64,000 nucleotides of DNA from Cetorhinus maximus (lineage: Eukaryota), in assembly GCF_964194155.1 (NCBI RefSeq), contig NC_135894.1, forward strand, positions 434,001 to 498,000, written 5' to 3'. Below, one piece after another: positions 49,770-61,500 of this stretch; position 1 is the stretch's first letter; every line of letters begins with the position of its first letter. The notes beneath the pieces are model-generated. The model made no database searches. It was given only the letters and a program-made list of their open reading frames with translations, and was not told the origin of the DNA. Both the position numbers and the translations under genes were made by a program.

Positions 49770-51440
49770 CTCCTATTTTAAACTGAACAACATAAAGAAG
49801 GTGAAAAGGATCACAGCTTACTGGGTTCTCTGGGAGGGAGTGGCATGGAACATAGGTTAAGAAACGAAAGCTCCAGTGACCCAGATTTTTTTTTAATGTT
49901 GAATAGACGATAGGTGACAGAGGTGCACAGCCGGCTGTGAGTGATGTATTTTCAACACTGCCAACTCTCTCATGCACACTGAATAAAGATTCTGAATTGC
50001 AAGAGGATTAATCAATCTTTTGTTTTTACGTAGATGGAGATTTCGAGGCTTTGGGAGTTGAACGGATGGACGGAAAGAAACATCTGTACTGGAAGGTGAA
50101 ATAAATCACAGCTGTTGTTTGGGTTTACGAAGTTGACCGTGCGGGACTGGGGACGAGGAAATATGTGTTTTGTGGCGGACCTGGCTGGATGTAGCAGCAA
50201 TACTCGAGGATGATGAGTTCAATGTAAAGAGTGATGGAGTTGAAAGTAAGGAGAAGGAGAACATTATTATTGTAGTGCCATTGAGGACAATGGGTGATAG
50301 CAGTTACAAGGGAAGTGGGTTAGAAACGTTTGAGAATGTTGTTAGCCACTTCGGTGGACATGGGCTCAGGAATTAAAAAGGCATTTCTGAAAAAAAAAAA
50401 GAAGACACTCGTTTTAAAGGAGCATCACCATAATGGATGGACCGAAGCTTGGGAATCTGGAAACATTGGAACAGACTATTTCTAGAAAGTACGGGAAGAG
50501 AAAATAGAATCTTGGGAACTGTGTGATTCGGCGAGTTTATTGTAGATAATTACGGGCAGCCAATTAAAAGAAAAAAAATCAAAGCAGAATTTTTGAGGAA
50601 TGGCTGGGCAGCGTCAGATACTGACCATGCAAGGAGGAAAAGTGATGAATGTTAGCTGTTCAAAACCAAACGACAAGGCACCACTAAAATCATCAGAGTA
50701 TAATAAATTATTTCAAGTTCATGGTGAAAAGTTGCTGAGTAGGATTGGAACAACGAATGATCCACCTAATGTGTAAAAAATGAATCATTTTTGGACGCGA
50801 TAAAGGTACCTTCAGTGACATCATTTGACTTCGGATTTATTCAATATTTAGACCTGAGGTCAACACAACTATACTATTGAACAGTTCTTTTTCAAACGAA
50901 TTGAGGTTTCCTTTCCTTGGCCATTGAGGAAGAGAAGAGTTTGGTTGCTAATGGAGGGTGAATAAATTTAAATAATTTAATTGGAATTTGGACCCTCAAT
51001 ATATGCAATCAGACGCTGTACAATGATGTGCACAGATGCACAATGAACCTGCAACTCGCTCCAAGACGTCCACCGGGTATGATCACATCGAATTTGTGTT
51101 GTGGAGTCCAAGCATTGGAGCACATTGGCATAAACACCAAAACGAATGGGCTTTGGAACGCATCTCCTGGGAATTTAATCCAGTTGCTTGGCAGTCGAGG
51201 GAAGCAAGTGTAGATCAGGTTAGCATGAATGATGCCAATTTCCATGAATTTCTAAAAGTCTTCGATAAATTATAAGACAACATAAATGTGAGAACTCTAA
51301 GAACAACTGGTGTTGCAGTACAATTGGCAGAATGATCAGAAAGCTGGCGGCTGAAACAGAAAACAACGAGGTGGAGTTAAATTTGACTCACACCGAAAGG
51401 CAAGAGCTGGGCAATGGTACTTCAGAAGGATCACCGCCGG
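49770..51440 (-). mobile_element. Old Penelope-like element (RT and GIY-YIG) inside the GPR139-like intron
   Basis: Minus-strand remnants: YSDDFSGALS (YIDD motif, about 50690), VDHSLFQSYS, ATKHIFP and IYVKTK; terminal-repeat-like sequence at about 51335-51440. Confidence 0.6.
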
Positions 51441-52967
51441 GTCCAAGGTCGTTAACCATTTACACAAGAAACATTGAGTCAGGAATCCGAAACACAATTT
51501 CAAAATAAACAGAAAATCCACCCCGGTTGTAAAAATAAGTTTGTTAAATCTTCCACAGAAAATGATTATCAATGGGTCTAAGTGACACATAGTTTCAGGC
51601 GAACAGACTCACCTATCATTCAAAACAGCAATAGAGGAGAAAACAACAACAGCATGATACACAAATATTGGGGTCCCCCTCGATAGGAATGCGATAGAAA
51701 AGAGAGAAAAAGTTGAGATTAAATAACATACAATCTTCATTACATTACTTTGATCTTACTGTTTACCGTGCAACATCCAGATTGCAATAAAAACATTTTC
51801 ATATGCTGAAGAAGCTGCAGTTTTTGAGTTAGTGATTTAAGATGTCAGAATATTTCACATTTCGCCTCATCATTAACAGTTTTATGATGTTAGTATTTAC
51901 TACCCGGGTCTGAAATCTGCTTTTCAAAATTTTGACATGTATGTTCTTCAGTTAGAAATGTATTTTCCCAAAGGGAGAAACCTCACTATGAAGGAAAGAA
52001 AATGGCGCAGTTAAATTGTTTAAACAGTCCGAAACATGGAGAAGAACTGATCTTTAAAATGTTAATCATGTCCTCAAAATGAGTAACTACAAACCTCAGT
52101 GTCTGTTTATTCTGAGTAATAAACACAAATCAATCTGTTACTTTCCGTTAGTACACTCGGCATAACAATATACTCAGATGACAATACAACTACAATTCTG
52201 GTTTTAATACTTCAATGGTGTTTTTGGTTTCTTTAAATGTCAGGAACTATTTGCTATAAGCTTTAGTTGAATCAGTTAATTACTAAAAGAGACAAATCGC
52301 GAGACCACCTTCTACGTTCGCTCTCAATTATCTTCTAACAACAACAAGATTCTTGCTGTTTTCAATCCATTCATTTTTTAAAACACAAGAGAGAAATATG
52401 AATGTAGAAATCACTCAACAAACAATAACATGGTTTAAATTTTTAACCAATGTATTTCATTTCAGGTTGTGTCACCCACTCAGTACAATCGTAAGTAGTC
52501 CGTCTAATACAAGATGGCTGGGATCAGGAGTTTCACTCTGGTTAGTTACCCATCCTCAGTGAAATGCTACAGTGAAAGATAGTCCCATTAATGCATCAAC
52601 ACTGAGGTCAAAACCATTTGGTGACACACATTCATTCTGATTTTGCTTTGGTACTCCCTAATAATTCGTCTCAGAGTGTTGTCTGCGCACAGGTACAATT
52701 CAACATTAGAGAATGTTCCAAATGATCAGAAAGAAACAAGTAACCTAGAAAGACCGTGAGTTCATAATCATAGCTTTATTTTCGGTTGATGGAAAATACA
52801 AACAAACACATAGATAATTCAAGGTAAATGGATATAGCAAACGCAATCACTTACCGTCTCTTTGTTTTTCGGTGATCAGGACAGGGCATGTAACAGGACC
52901 ATTCACAGTGTAACACGAAAATTCAATTCACATCCACACCTACAAAAATAAAGTTATTGTCACTTAC

Positions 52968-53034
52968 CAGGAACACCAATGAAAGCAATAATCACGTAGA
53001 ATATTTGTTCAATTATTTTGAATGTTTCAAGTAT
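52968..53034 (-). pseudogene. GPR139-like exon 1, (I)LETFKIIEQIFYVIIAFIGVP
   Basis: Encodes the first half of TM1 and ends GVP G|gtaagt; the presumed ATG reads ATA. Confidence 0.8.
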
Positions 53035-54610
53035 TTTCGCTATGAACCAATCTCTCTCTTTTTTTCTGCAGACTTTCTCTCTGCACAAAAGTCAGAACTG
53101 ATACATTCTCAAGGACATTATTTATGCGCAGCAAGACCTCCATAGCGGGATTGATGTTGCAACATCGTTCGGGGTTGTAATGTTTGTTTCTGAAAAGCGC
53201 TGGAAGTGTTCAATAACTGTAAAACACTGAATACTTGCATTAACTCATAAAAACCCGAAGCTGGGTTTTCTTGCAATGAGGTTGTTGTCACAAACAGAAT
53301 CAGTCCCATCTCTCGATTTTACTTTGCTTAACCGATGTCCTTCACTAGATGGTGAACATTTAGCAATTAAATTCCAAATCACATAGTGGCTCTCTCAGGG
53401 CTGTTCTATTGCACTGTGGGATATATGTGTTGATGTTAACTGTGGACATTCCGTTCAACTACTAAAGTGAGTCCAATTATTATGTGAGTTTGCAATGCAG
53501 AAAGTCGCTAATAAAGCACCTGGAATTCTTTCAAAACCAGAAACAACTGGAAGCTCTCAGTCAACTGCAATAATGGCAACAAATTCAACGAATCAAACCC
53601 TTTGGAACACTCCAAATATCCGTCATTCGAACAGACACACGCATTCCAATGGATAGAGATTCTCCATTAAATGACCTGCAGCCTGCAAAAAAACTCTTCA
53701 TCGAATGGCGACTCTCCTAAATAACATAATGTTTGAAACTGAATAAAAAACTCAAAAGTGCAAGTCCCCTGTAAAGAGTGCATCACCTCAGGCAAATTCA
53801 CCCTATCACATAATTGAAGCAACTCAAGCTAATCCAGCATGTCAAGTGAATGAGTTACTGCAATTAAATAAAGTATCTAAAAAACAAACCCTGAAACTGA
53901 CAAAGTACAAAGTATTTAATCACCCATTGTGTCTGTAGCTTCATGCGGGACGAAAAAGATCGATTAATCTTTATCCTGCATTCCAGTTCTTTGCCTGGAG
54001 TTCTAAAGCCAACCAAACAGCAAACATTCATATCCAGACGACGGTGGGAATCGCAAAATCAGTGATTAAAATAGTGCTGCAGGAACCCACCTCTCATTTC
54101 GAAAAAAATAAGTAAATAATACTTCGATAAGCGATTGAAGATTTGTAAGCGAAATTTCCAAGGACCATGACTTTGAGGTTGAGTTTAAGCTGGACAACCC
54201 CTTTAAGACGACAACAGGCACGGTCGGCGAATGGTCTCCTTAAGTGCCATATCGCCTGCCATGCTGGCATGTTTTAAATGAATTTTCCATTCCTGTAAAT
54301 GGAATACAGGAGCTTTAAAAAAAAACAATGTTAGGATGGAGTGTAGAATGTGCCAACCACGTTCGCCAGCTCTGCATATATCAATGCTCTGACACTTTCA
54401 TGCACCAGTTATGCCTAACAATGTGCCAAATATCACTGAATAACAAGAATGTTATAATTATGTACCGTAGGACGCCCCTTGAAACAACATAGATGCCCCA
54501 GCTCTCCGCATGCCAATTAACCTAGCACCATTTTCCTTATAACCTTCCTTGTTGACATTCCAAAGGCAGCAACCTATCTAAGAATTGATCGACGGGCATT
54601 TTAGGTCTTG

Positions 54611-54770
54611 CTCTGCACTGACCCTCCGACAGTGCGACCCTCCCTAAGGATTGATATTCCAACATTGCTGCACTCCCTCATTATAGAACAGCCGACAATG
54701 TGGCACTGCCTCAGCACTGACTCTCTGACAAGTCAGTACTGACGCTCAAACATGTGCAGCGTTCTCACAG
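54611..54770. repeat. About 5 copies of a 33-bp unit, about CAGTACTGACCCTCCGACAGTGCAGCACTCCCT
   Basis: Units start near 54613, 54646, 54679, 54712 and 54733. The unit is the reverse complement of part of the Deu-SINE core seen at 9786-9815. Confidence 0.8.
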
Positions 54771-55406
54771 CTCTGTTAGCATGTCCTCCCAGGCTTTTCT
54801 GCTCCACTTTCTGTATGTTTATCTTAAACCAGAGAGTGTGTTTTAGAGGGGGTAGTGTTGTGCTGAGATAAAAACGGACACTATGTAAATACAGATATAT
54901 TTTTCACCACTCGTGGGTAAATCCAGGGCACAATCAAAGGATATGAGGTTATGAACATATCATAATCAAGTATTCATGAGAAAACATCCTTTACCAGTCA
55001 TTGTTCATAATGTGGACCTCATGTGTTTCTGAGCTGAATAGAGAAAATAAATTTATTGGGAATCCGGATGAACACATGGAAGGAAAGGAACGGAATATTG
55101 TTTTAATTGGGATGAGAGGAAATGCGTGTGGATTTGGTCATGGGCTTTGCCTAACCAATGCTGCCGCTCATCGGTGCAATCAGTTGCATTGGTTCATGTG
55201 GTTAACCAGCCATTATCCACCTTCGGCAGGCCCAGATAGTCCATTTTCCAGGAAATGTGATCTCATGAAACGTCTTGTGTTTACTCCTTTGCCTGCTGTA
55301 CCTGGAATTAGCAATGGATAAACCTGCGTGTCAGAGACAGAGACGTTTCTTCAGAGTATTCTTAAATTTGGATGAGGAAGATTGAGAGAGGGGGTGATAG
55401 GGACAG

Positions 55407-55460
55407 AGTGTGTGTGTGTGAGAGAGAGAGAGAGAGGGTTGGGGGAGGGGGGGGGGGTGG
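55407..55460. repeat. (GT)n(GA)n microsatellite followed by G-runs
   Basis: Seen directly in the sequence. Confidence 0.9.
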
Positions 55461-55539
55461 ATGCGTGTAGCGAGAGAGACAGACAGTTCTGATTTTGACT
55501 CATCCCAAAGTTAACAAGTTTTGTGTGTGCTTTACCTGA

Positions 55540-56930
55540 AGGTGAACAGGTCGGTATGTGTTATTCGCCGCACAGGCATTCATATGTGTGCATATGGCTC
55601 CTTCATAGTCAATGAGTTGGGTGTATGAGTCCCCTATTGTAAATAAGCCTAATCTGTCATTGTCCACAGAACGATGAGTTTGATTTTCGTTATTCCCCCG
55701 ATAGTTAATGAGCTTGAAGTGTCTGATCATACGGCATAGCTGAAGATTTGGAGTATGATTTTCTCCAGAGTCAATTCTGAGCGTGGTTTGTTTGAGCCAA
55801 TGAGCTCTATGAGGTCACTGCGCTTCACCCTAACCCGAGGCTGGAGATCTGCAAACCTGTGATTCATCCCTGTTGGATTAATTCCACTGGGGCGTGAGGA
55901 GGGGCTGCCATCCGCAAGCTGGAGCACATGCGTTCGAAGTGCGTGCTTCCCGTCTATACCACATACATTGGTATGCAGTTCCCCCACATCCGATTATCTC
56001 ACTTTCAGCGTCCTTAAACCATGGGCCATGCACTCGTTCTGCCTGATACACTCCATAGCAATGGGCATAGCGTGCGCTGTATTGAGAGTGCAGGAGTTCA
56101 TGTGTTTCATTGACACGGAAACTAAACAGTTTGCTGTTGTCTCTCACACATTAAACGGATATGCTATCTGTATGATTTTCCCCATTGCATAATGAGCGTG
56201 GTGTGTGAGCATCTTCATGTTGAATAATCAAAATGATGCAAATTGCTTCCCCTCGAACCCTACAGCAAATAATTCAGCATTTGTGAAATCTCCCATCATT
56301 CGACGAGCTCGGCCGTCATTCCCCCACGGGCCCGCGGTCTTGATAATTAGGATTGAACCATATTTGAGGAGACCCCAACGTTTTTAACATCCCAAAAGAT
56401 TAGATTGATATACCTGATTTCAGGCGTGGATAGTGAGCAGGGTGGGATTGATTGTCGCCATAGCTGATGAAGTTGGTCTGCGTATGTGATTCCACTAATT
56501 GTGAGAATTGCTTAAGGTTACTATCTTCCTGGTCAATGAGCTCCATGAGGCGAATGCATGCATGCAAAATGATTGTCTTGGTATGTCTGATTTACAACAT
56601 GGCCGATACTCTCCACGGGACAAGTGTTTTTTCTCCCACCCACAGAACAACGATCACAGTGTGTTTAATTCACTTGAAGGCCGAAGAGAATGGCATATCT
56701 GATTCGCCCTTTTCGATGAGCTCAATGTTACTTTCATTCCACAGATGATGAGCTGAGTGTTTCTGATTTATTAAGTGGCGGAAGACTTTATATGTGTTTG
56801 TATGTTTTCTTGTGTGTGTCTATGCATGTGTGTGCATGTGTGTGTAACACCCTCATCGATGTTGAGCTTAGATTGTGTGTTGTTCTTCATGCCCACTGAG
56901 ATCCAGGATGTGAGAGATTTTATCCCGACT
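55540..56930. repeat. Highly degenerate minisatellite of about 30-33 bp, consensus about CCATAGTCAATGAGCTCAGTGTGTCTGATTCC
   Basis: Core atgagct/atgagtt recurs at about 55612, 55674, 55708, 55800, 56535, 56716 and 56747, with intervening gtgtctgat/gtatgat. Confidence 0.6.
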
Positions 56931-56934
56931 CACT

Positions 56935-57710
56935 GTATATTTACAGTGCAGAAGGAGCCCATTCGGCCCATCGAATATGTAATTACTTCCTGAAAGAACA
57001 TTTCAACGAGTCCCACTACCCTACCTTATCCCCATAAGGATGCACATTTTCTCTTTTCAGGTAGCAATCCTTTGGGTATTCCTTTTGAATACATCGATCG
57101 AACCTTCCTCCACCACCCTTTCAGGCGATTTGTACCAGATTACAACCCTTTATATGAAAAGCCAAAATAAAACCATCACGTCACACACTTCTTTTTACAA
57201 TTATTTGCATCTGTCCCCTCTAGTTCTTGTCGTTATATTCAATGTGAACCTTTTCTCAATGCTTAACTTTTCCATAACTCTCAGGATCCTAAATACGTCT
57301 ATCAAGTCTCCTTTCAACTTTTCCTTTCTTCAAGGGTAATAGAACACGTCTCTGCAATCTATAATCATAGCTGCTGTCTTCTGTAAATGGAATTGTTCTT
57401 GTGAATCCATTCCGTGCGTTTTCCAATGCTTTCACAACCTTACTTAAGTATGGTGCTCAGAACTGGATGTAGCACTCCCAATGAGTCAGAACTAGTGTAT
57501 AATATTAATTAAACATGGACCTCCTAACTCCTATAGTAAATATCTGCGCTAAGGGAGCCTAAGGCGTTTCTTTAATTGTTCTCTCAACACGCTCTGCCAA
57601 TTTAAATAGTCGGAGTAAGATTAAACAGTGCTTCCTCTGTTCCTACACTTCTTTTAGGGGTACTCAATTTATTTTATACCATCTCATCACATGTTTACTG
57701 CCAAATCTAT
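56935..57710 (-). mobile_element. CR1 LINE 3' end
   Basis: gaaggagcccattcggcccatcga (reverse 3' end) and cagaactggatgtagcactcc (reverse of an LEYC..FW-like segment). Confidence 0.75.
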
Positions 57711-57739
57711 TCCACAGTGATAATCTCAGAAACTGTCAT

Positions 57740-58520
57740 TCCCCCACCACCAGTGAGCTTGTTTGTTGTGAGTTCCTCCATTACCAATGACATTTGTCAA
57801 TGAGGTTTCCAAAATGTTCTGAGGTCAGGTATGCAAATCCAGCGATAGCCAACGAGAATGATGGGTGTGAGGCGCACCATGGTTCCTTGTGCCCTCTCTG
57901 TGGTTCAGCACATCATTGAAGAGCTTGTTTGTTCTGCATTTCCACCAATAATGATATATTGGCCCTAGCTGAACACGCCATGTCCTTTGGCTTTGTGATG
58001 TGAATCTACCAAAATCTGATCAGCCTGTAAGGGAGCCCATAGATTATTAATCCATTTGTCATTCCACAGGCACATTTCTGCTTTCCCCACTCACCATTTA
58101 TATAACATTAACGATCCTAATCCTACATGCAAACTTCCAAGCTCCTCATACGCTCCGTTGTGCTGCAGATTTGAATAGAGGAAAACACTGTTATTAGTCA
58201 CAACTGCACAATCCAACTGTTGAAAGCACCCTATAAATGAACGTGTGTGGACCGCCTCAAGATTCCTGTCCACTGTTGATATAATCTTTAATTGTATACG
58301 TAATAAAGGCGTCCTAATGTAATAAGTACTCAAGACATGCAAATGTATAAGGCCAAGGTGCACTCAAAGGACGCTGTGAGACACGAGAAAAAACAAACTC
58401 ATTACTGGCTAATCCCTAAATTTGATGAAGCAGATGGAATGCGAGGTCTCGGGCAATCACAGCTCCACTAATTATGTCATTAGCCTGAAGTTGTGCCAAT
58501 CTTATGGGCACCATATCATT
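57740..58520 (-). mobile_element. Possible decayed PIF/Harbinger transposase N-terminal fragment
   Basis: Minus strand FLYSNL..TERMRSLE..VPVE....GS weakly resembles HARBI1-like FSYLNLSEEQC.RRLR..LPV....GSFQ. Confidence 0.3.
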
Positions 58521-58559
58521 CCCCTCCTGCCAACTTGTCTTGAATGCAAATGGATTATC

Positions 58560-61500
58560 TACATCTGAAAGGGACAGATCAACTCAGAGAGAAAATGCCT
58601 TAAATGAGAAGTATATGTTTTTCCTGTTGGACCGTTACACAAAATCTGCCATTTTATTTTTGCCTAATTCTGTTTTATTGAGGACTTAAGACTACAACGG
58701 CTTCATTTTTAAAGGCATGCCTACTGTGGCAGAATTATGTTCCATGGAACGTTGCAGTGTGTGCCATGAAAGATAGTGTCCAGTAGAAGTCCCGAACAAA
58801 GGGCCTGTCAACATCATTTTTAATGGATCCTGAACAGGTGAGCAATTTATGTGTGCCAGCAGGGCAAAAAATAAAAAAGCTCCAGACCTGCACACACCTG
58901 AAATCACTGTTCCTCACAGCTCAACAAATGTGCTCGCTCTTGGAAAACCCCTGTCACTAGGCAAAGATCAATATCACTGATGGGGTGATTAAAAAACAGC
59001 TGTCCATCCAGTGAGCTAAATGCTGGACGACCACCTCGTGTCATCAATGAGAACTGCAAGGCTTTGCGATGTCATCGATCAAAAGTCAGCACATCTATTG
59101 CTGTCCTCCGGAATTCGTGCTGTTGATCTGTTTATCCCAGCCTTCAATTCCATTTGTGTTTGCCTTATGTGTCTTGTGTGTCTGTGTTTAGGATTTTTAG
59201 AAGGGGTAGAGTTTACAGCCTAGAGTTAGTACTTAGCAGTTCATATGTCTGTATTTTGCTACTGTTTAGCGAAGAGATGGCTGAATAAAGAGTTAATTAC
59301 TTATTAAGTTCACAAACCTGGTGCGCGTCTTAAGATAACCATTGTAAACAGGTACTTAAAATTGGGCAAACTGATGGTTTGTTCAAAATTTCGACGTTTG
59401 TTGCGGTTCAGGAAAAAGTGTGCCTTCATAGTGCAGTGCACTATTCCCAATCATTCGTATGAAAGGTAAGGGGCTCGCAGTTTTCCTGAGATGATCCTGG
59501 CGTTTATGTAGGGGATCCAAAAGCCAGGTTAATCGAATTTGGCAGGAAAAGTAACGGAAGAGTTGACTGCCAGGTTAGGAAAGCAGAGATAGTCGAAGAG
59601 ATGGCACAACATTTGAAATTGTAATGAGTACACTCGAGATCGAATTCTCCATGGGGCAGATAATTGGGCTCAAATTCAGGTACAAATCAAAATAAAAAAA
59701 ATGTAACGAGACGCAGCAGAAAAAGGTCAGGCTGGGGATAAAATTGAAAAAAGAAAGTGAGAGAACATTCCAAAGGGAAAAACCAGAAATGACATTCCAA
59801 ATGAGCAGACAGAAAAGGAAGGACAATGGACATTTTAAAGGGAGTTAGAAATGCCAAAGTTAAAAAAAAAAATGAAAGAGAAACAAAAAAAGGTGAATGT
59901 CAGCTTCAAATGCTGGCAGTTAAAAAAAGAAGCAGCAGAATGTGAGGCAGAACATATTTCAGAACCAAGCCAAATGGAGAGATGTTAACACCGCCACAGC
60001 CCTTCCAAATTGTGAGCAAAAGAAAGCCAAACGACTCTTTATTTCATTTCTGCAGATACATAACAGATGGAAAGGTCAAAAATGTCGACATCGTCCATTC
60101 AGAGCAAATTGAAAGGTTGACCACATGGAATTTATGCTTCACTGTCATACGAGGTTTCCAGGGATTATGTTGTGGTCACATTTTGAATGCCATTGTAAAT
60201 GCATGTAAGTCATTCACTGAAGCCCTGGAAACAAAATGCAAAGAAACATCCTCAGAAAATTTACATTGAAATTGAACAGGTTAAGCAAAATCGTTTTGAA
60301 AGGTGGATGTGAGTAATATGATTTGCAACAATCTATGTAGTTCTCAGAGGCACCATTCAATTGGAATATTTTAATATTTCTCAACATTCTGTATTGAGAA
60401 TACATGTTGATGTCTAAGGGTTGCAACTGCTAGACAGGCAGCATTAATTGCTGATAATTATGACCTTATCCTTAAAATTTTATTCCACCCACCGCATTAT
60501 TTGAAAGGGATAAAAAAAATAGGAGAGTGCAAGGAAGGCAAGTAGACATGGAAATTAATAGATAGCTCGGAATACCCTGAAATCTCCTGCCTTCGTCAGG
60601 ATGGAATGTTCTAATGCTGGGCGAGAAACTCCTAGGCCTACCTGTTTCCAGTGTAATAAATTGGGGCACATTCATTCAGAATGCTGGAATTTGTGGGGAA
60701 GCCCATGGGAGTTTTTGGCGATCGTAAGAGTGAGTCTGAAAACGGAATTAAAATGGAAAATAACACAGAGCAAATTGTAGCTGGAACTGCAACTCAGGGC
60801 TTGGAGGTAAGCCCCGCTGTGAATGCAGGTGATGTGAATAAGCAAGATGAGATATGTATTTTTTTGTGTTTGTTTAAAGGGGAAGATAATCATTTTTTTC
60901 ATGAAATGATGTAGCTAAATCCATAATTATGATTAGGGACACAGGACGTTTTCAAAAACAAAATGCCAGAGAATCACGTAGTTTGCCCTCCAGAGAGTTC
61001 AATGAAAGCTAAAGTTTTGGTTAACTGGATAAGTGAAGAGTGTATCCCGGTACCATTATGCGAAATGCAATTTGAATGTAAGTTGCTGCGTGGATCAGCG
61101 GTTGTTGAAGTAGTTAAGAAATTACTGGTGGATGGAGTTGATTTACTCCTGGGAATGATTTGGCAGGAGTAAAGTTTATAGCTTCGCCCAGAATAACAGG
61201 AAGCCATTGGGAGGCAAATGAGGCGGAGCCGTTGCAAAAACCAGGTCCTGGTATAATTCCATCCCGTGTTGTGAGCAGAGCAATGCATAAACAAATCCCA
61301 TCACTAAAGGTCAAAGGCATACAAACGAGCCGCCAATGTTAATTGAAAAATTGTTTAAAGGTGACGATAATTCAAAGGAATTGTTTGGCATGGTCATTTA
61401 CCTATTAATTCATACAATAATTTGGCAATTTTATTTTTAATAGAGATTTAGTCTCTGGATGTCTCTTAATTTTATTAAAGCAAGCTAGTTTGGTTGATTC

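Larger units (their letters stand above)
47254..53034 (-). pseudogene. GPR139-like class A GPCR pseudogene (two exons; paralog family, not the GPR139 ortholog)
   Basis: Exon 1 at 53034-52968 and exon 2 at 48150-47254, joined in phase 1. Seven-TM motifs are recognisable. The start codon is ATA, with many stops and at least one frameshift. Confidence 0.88.

Noticed and set aside
51613-51655. Minus-strand leader-like exon ATG-LLLFSPLLLF*MI-G|gtgagt suggesting an Ig/TCR V gene
   Set aside because: It has an in-frame TGA, and no V-domain exon (C..W..YYC) or recombination signal follows; the downstream sequence is a Penelope-like remnant.
52855-52939. Extra minus-strand exon just after GPR139-like exon 1
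   Set aside because: It would require a 28-nt intron, and exon 1 already joins exon 2 in phase without it.
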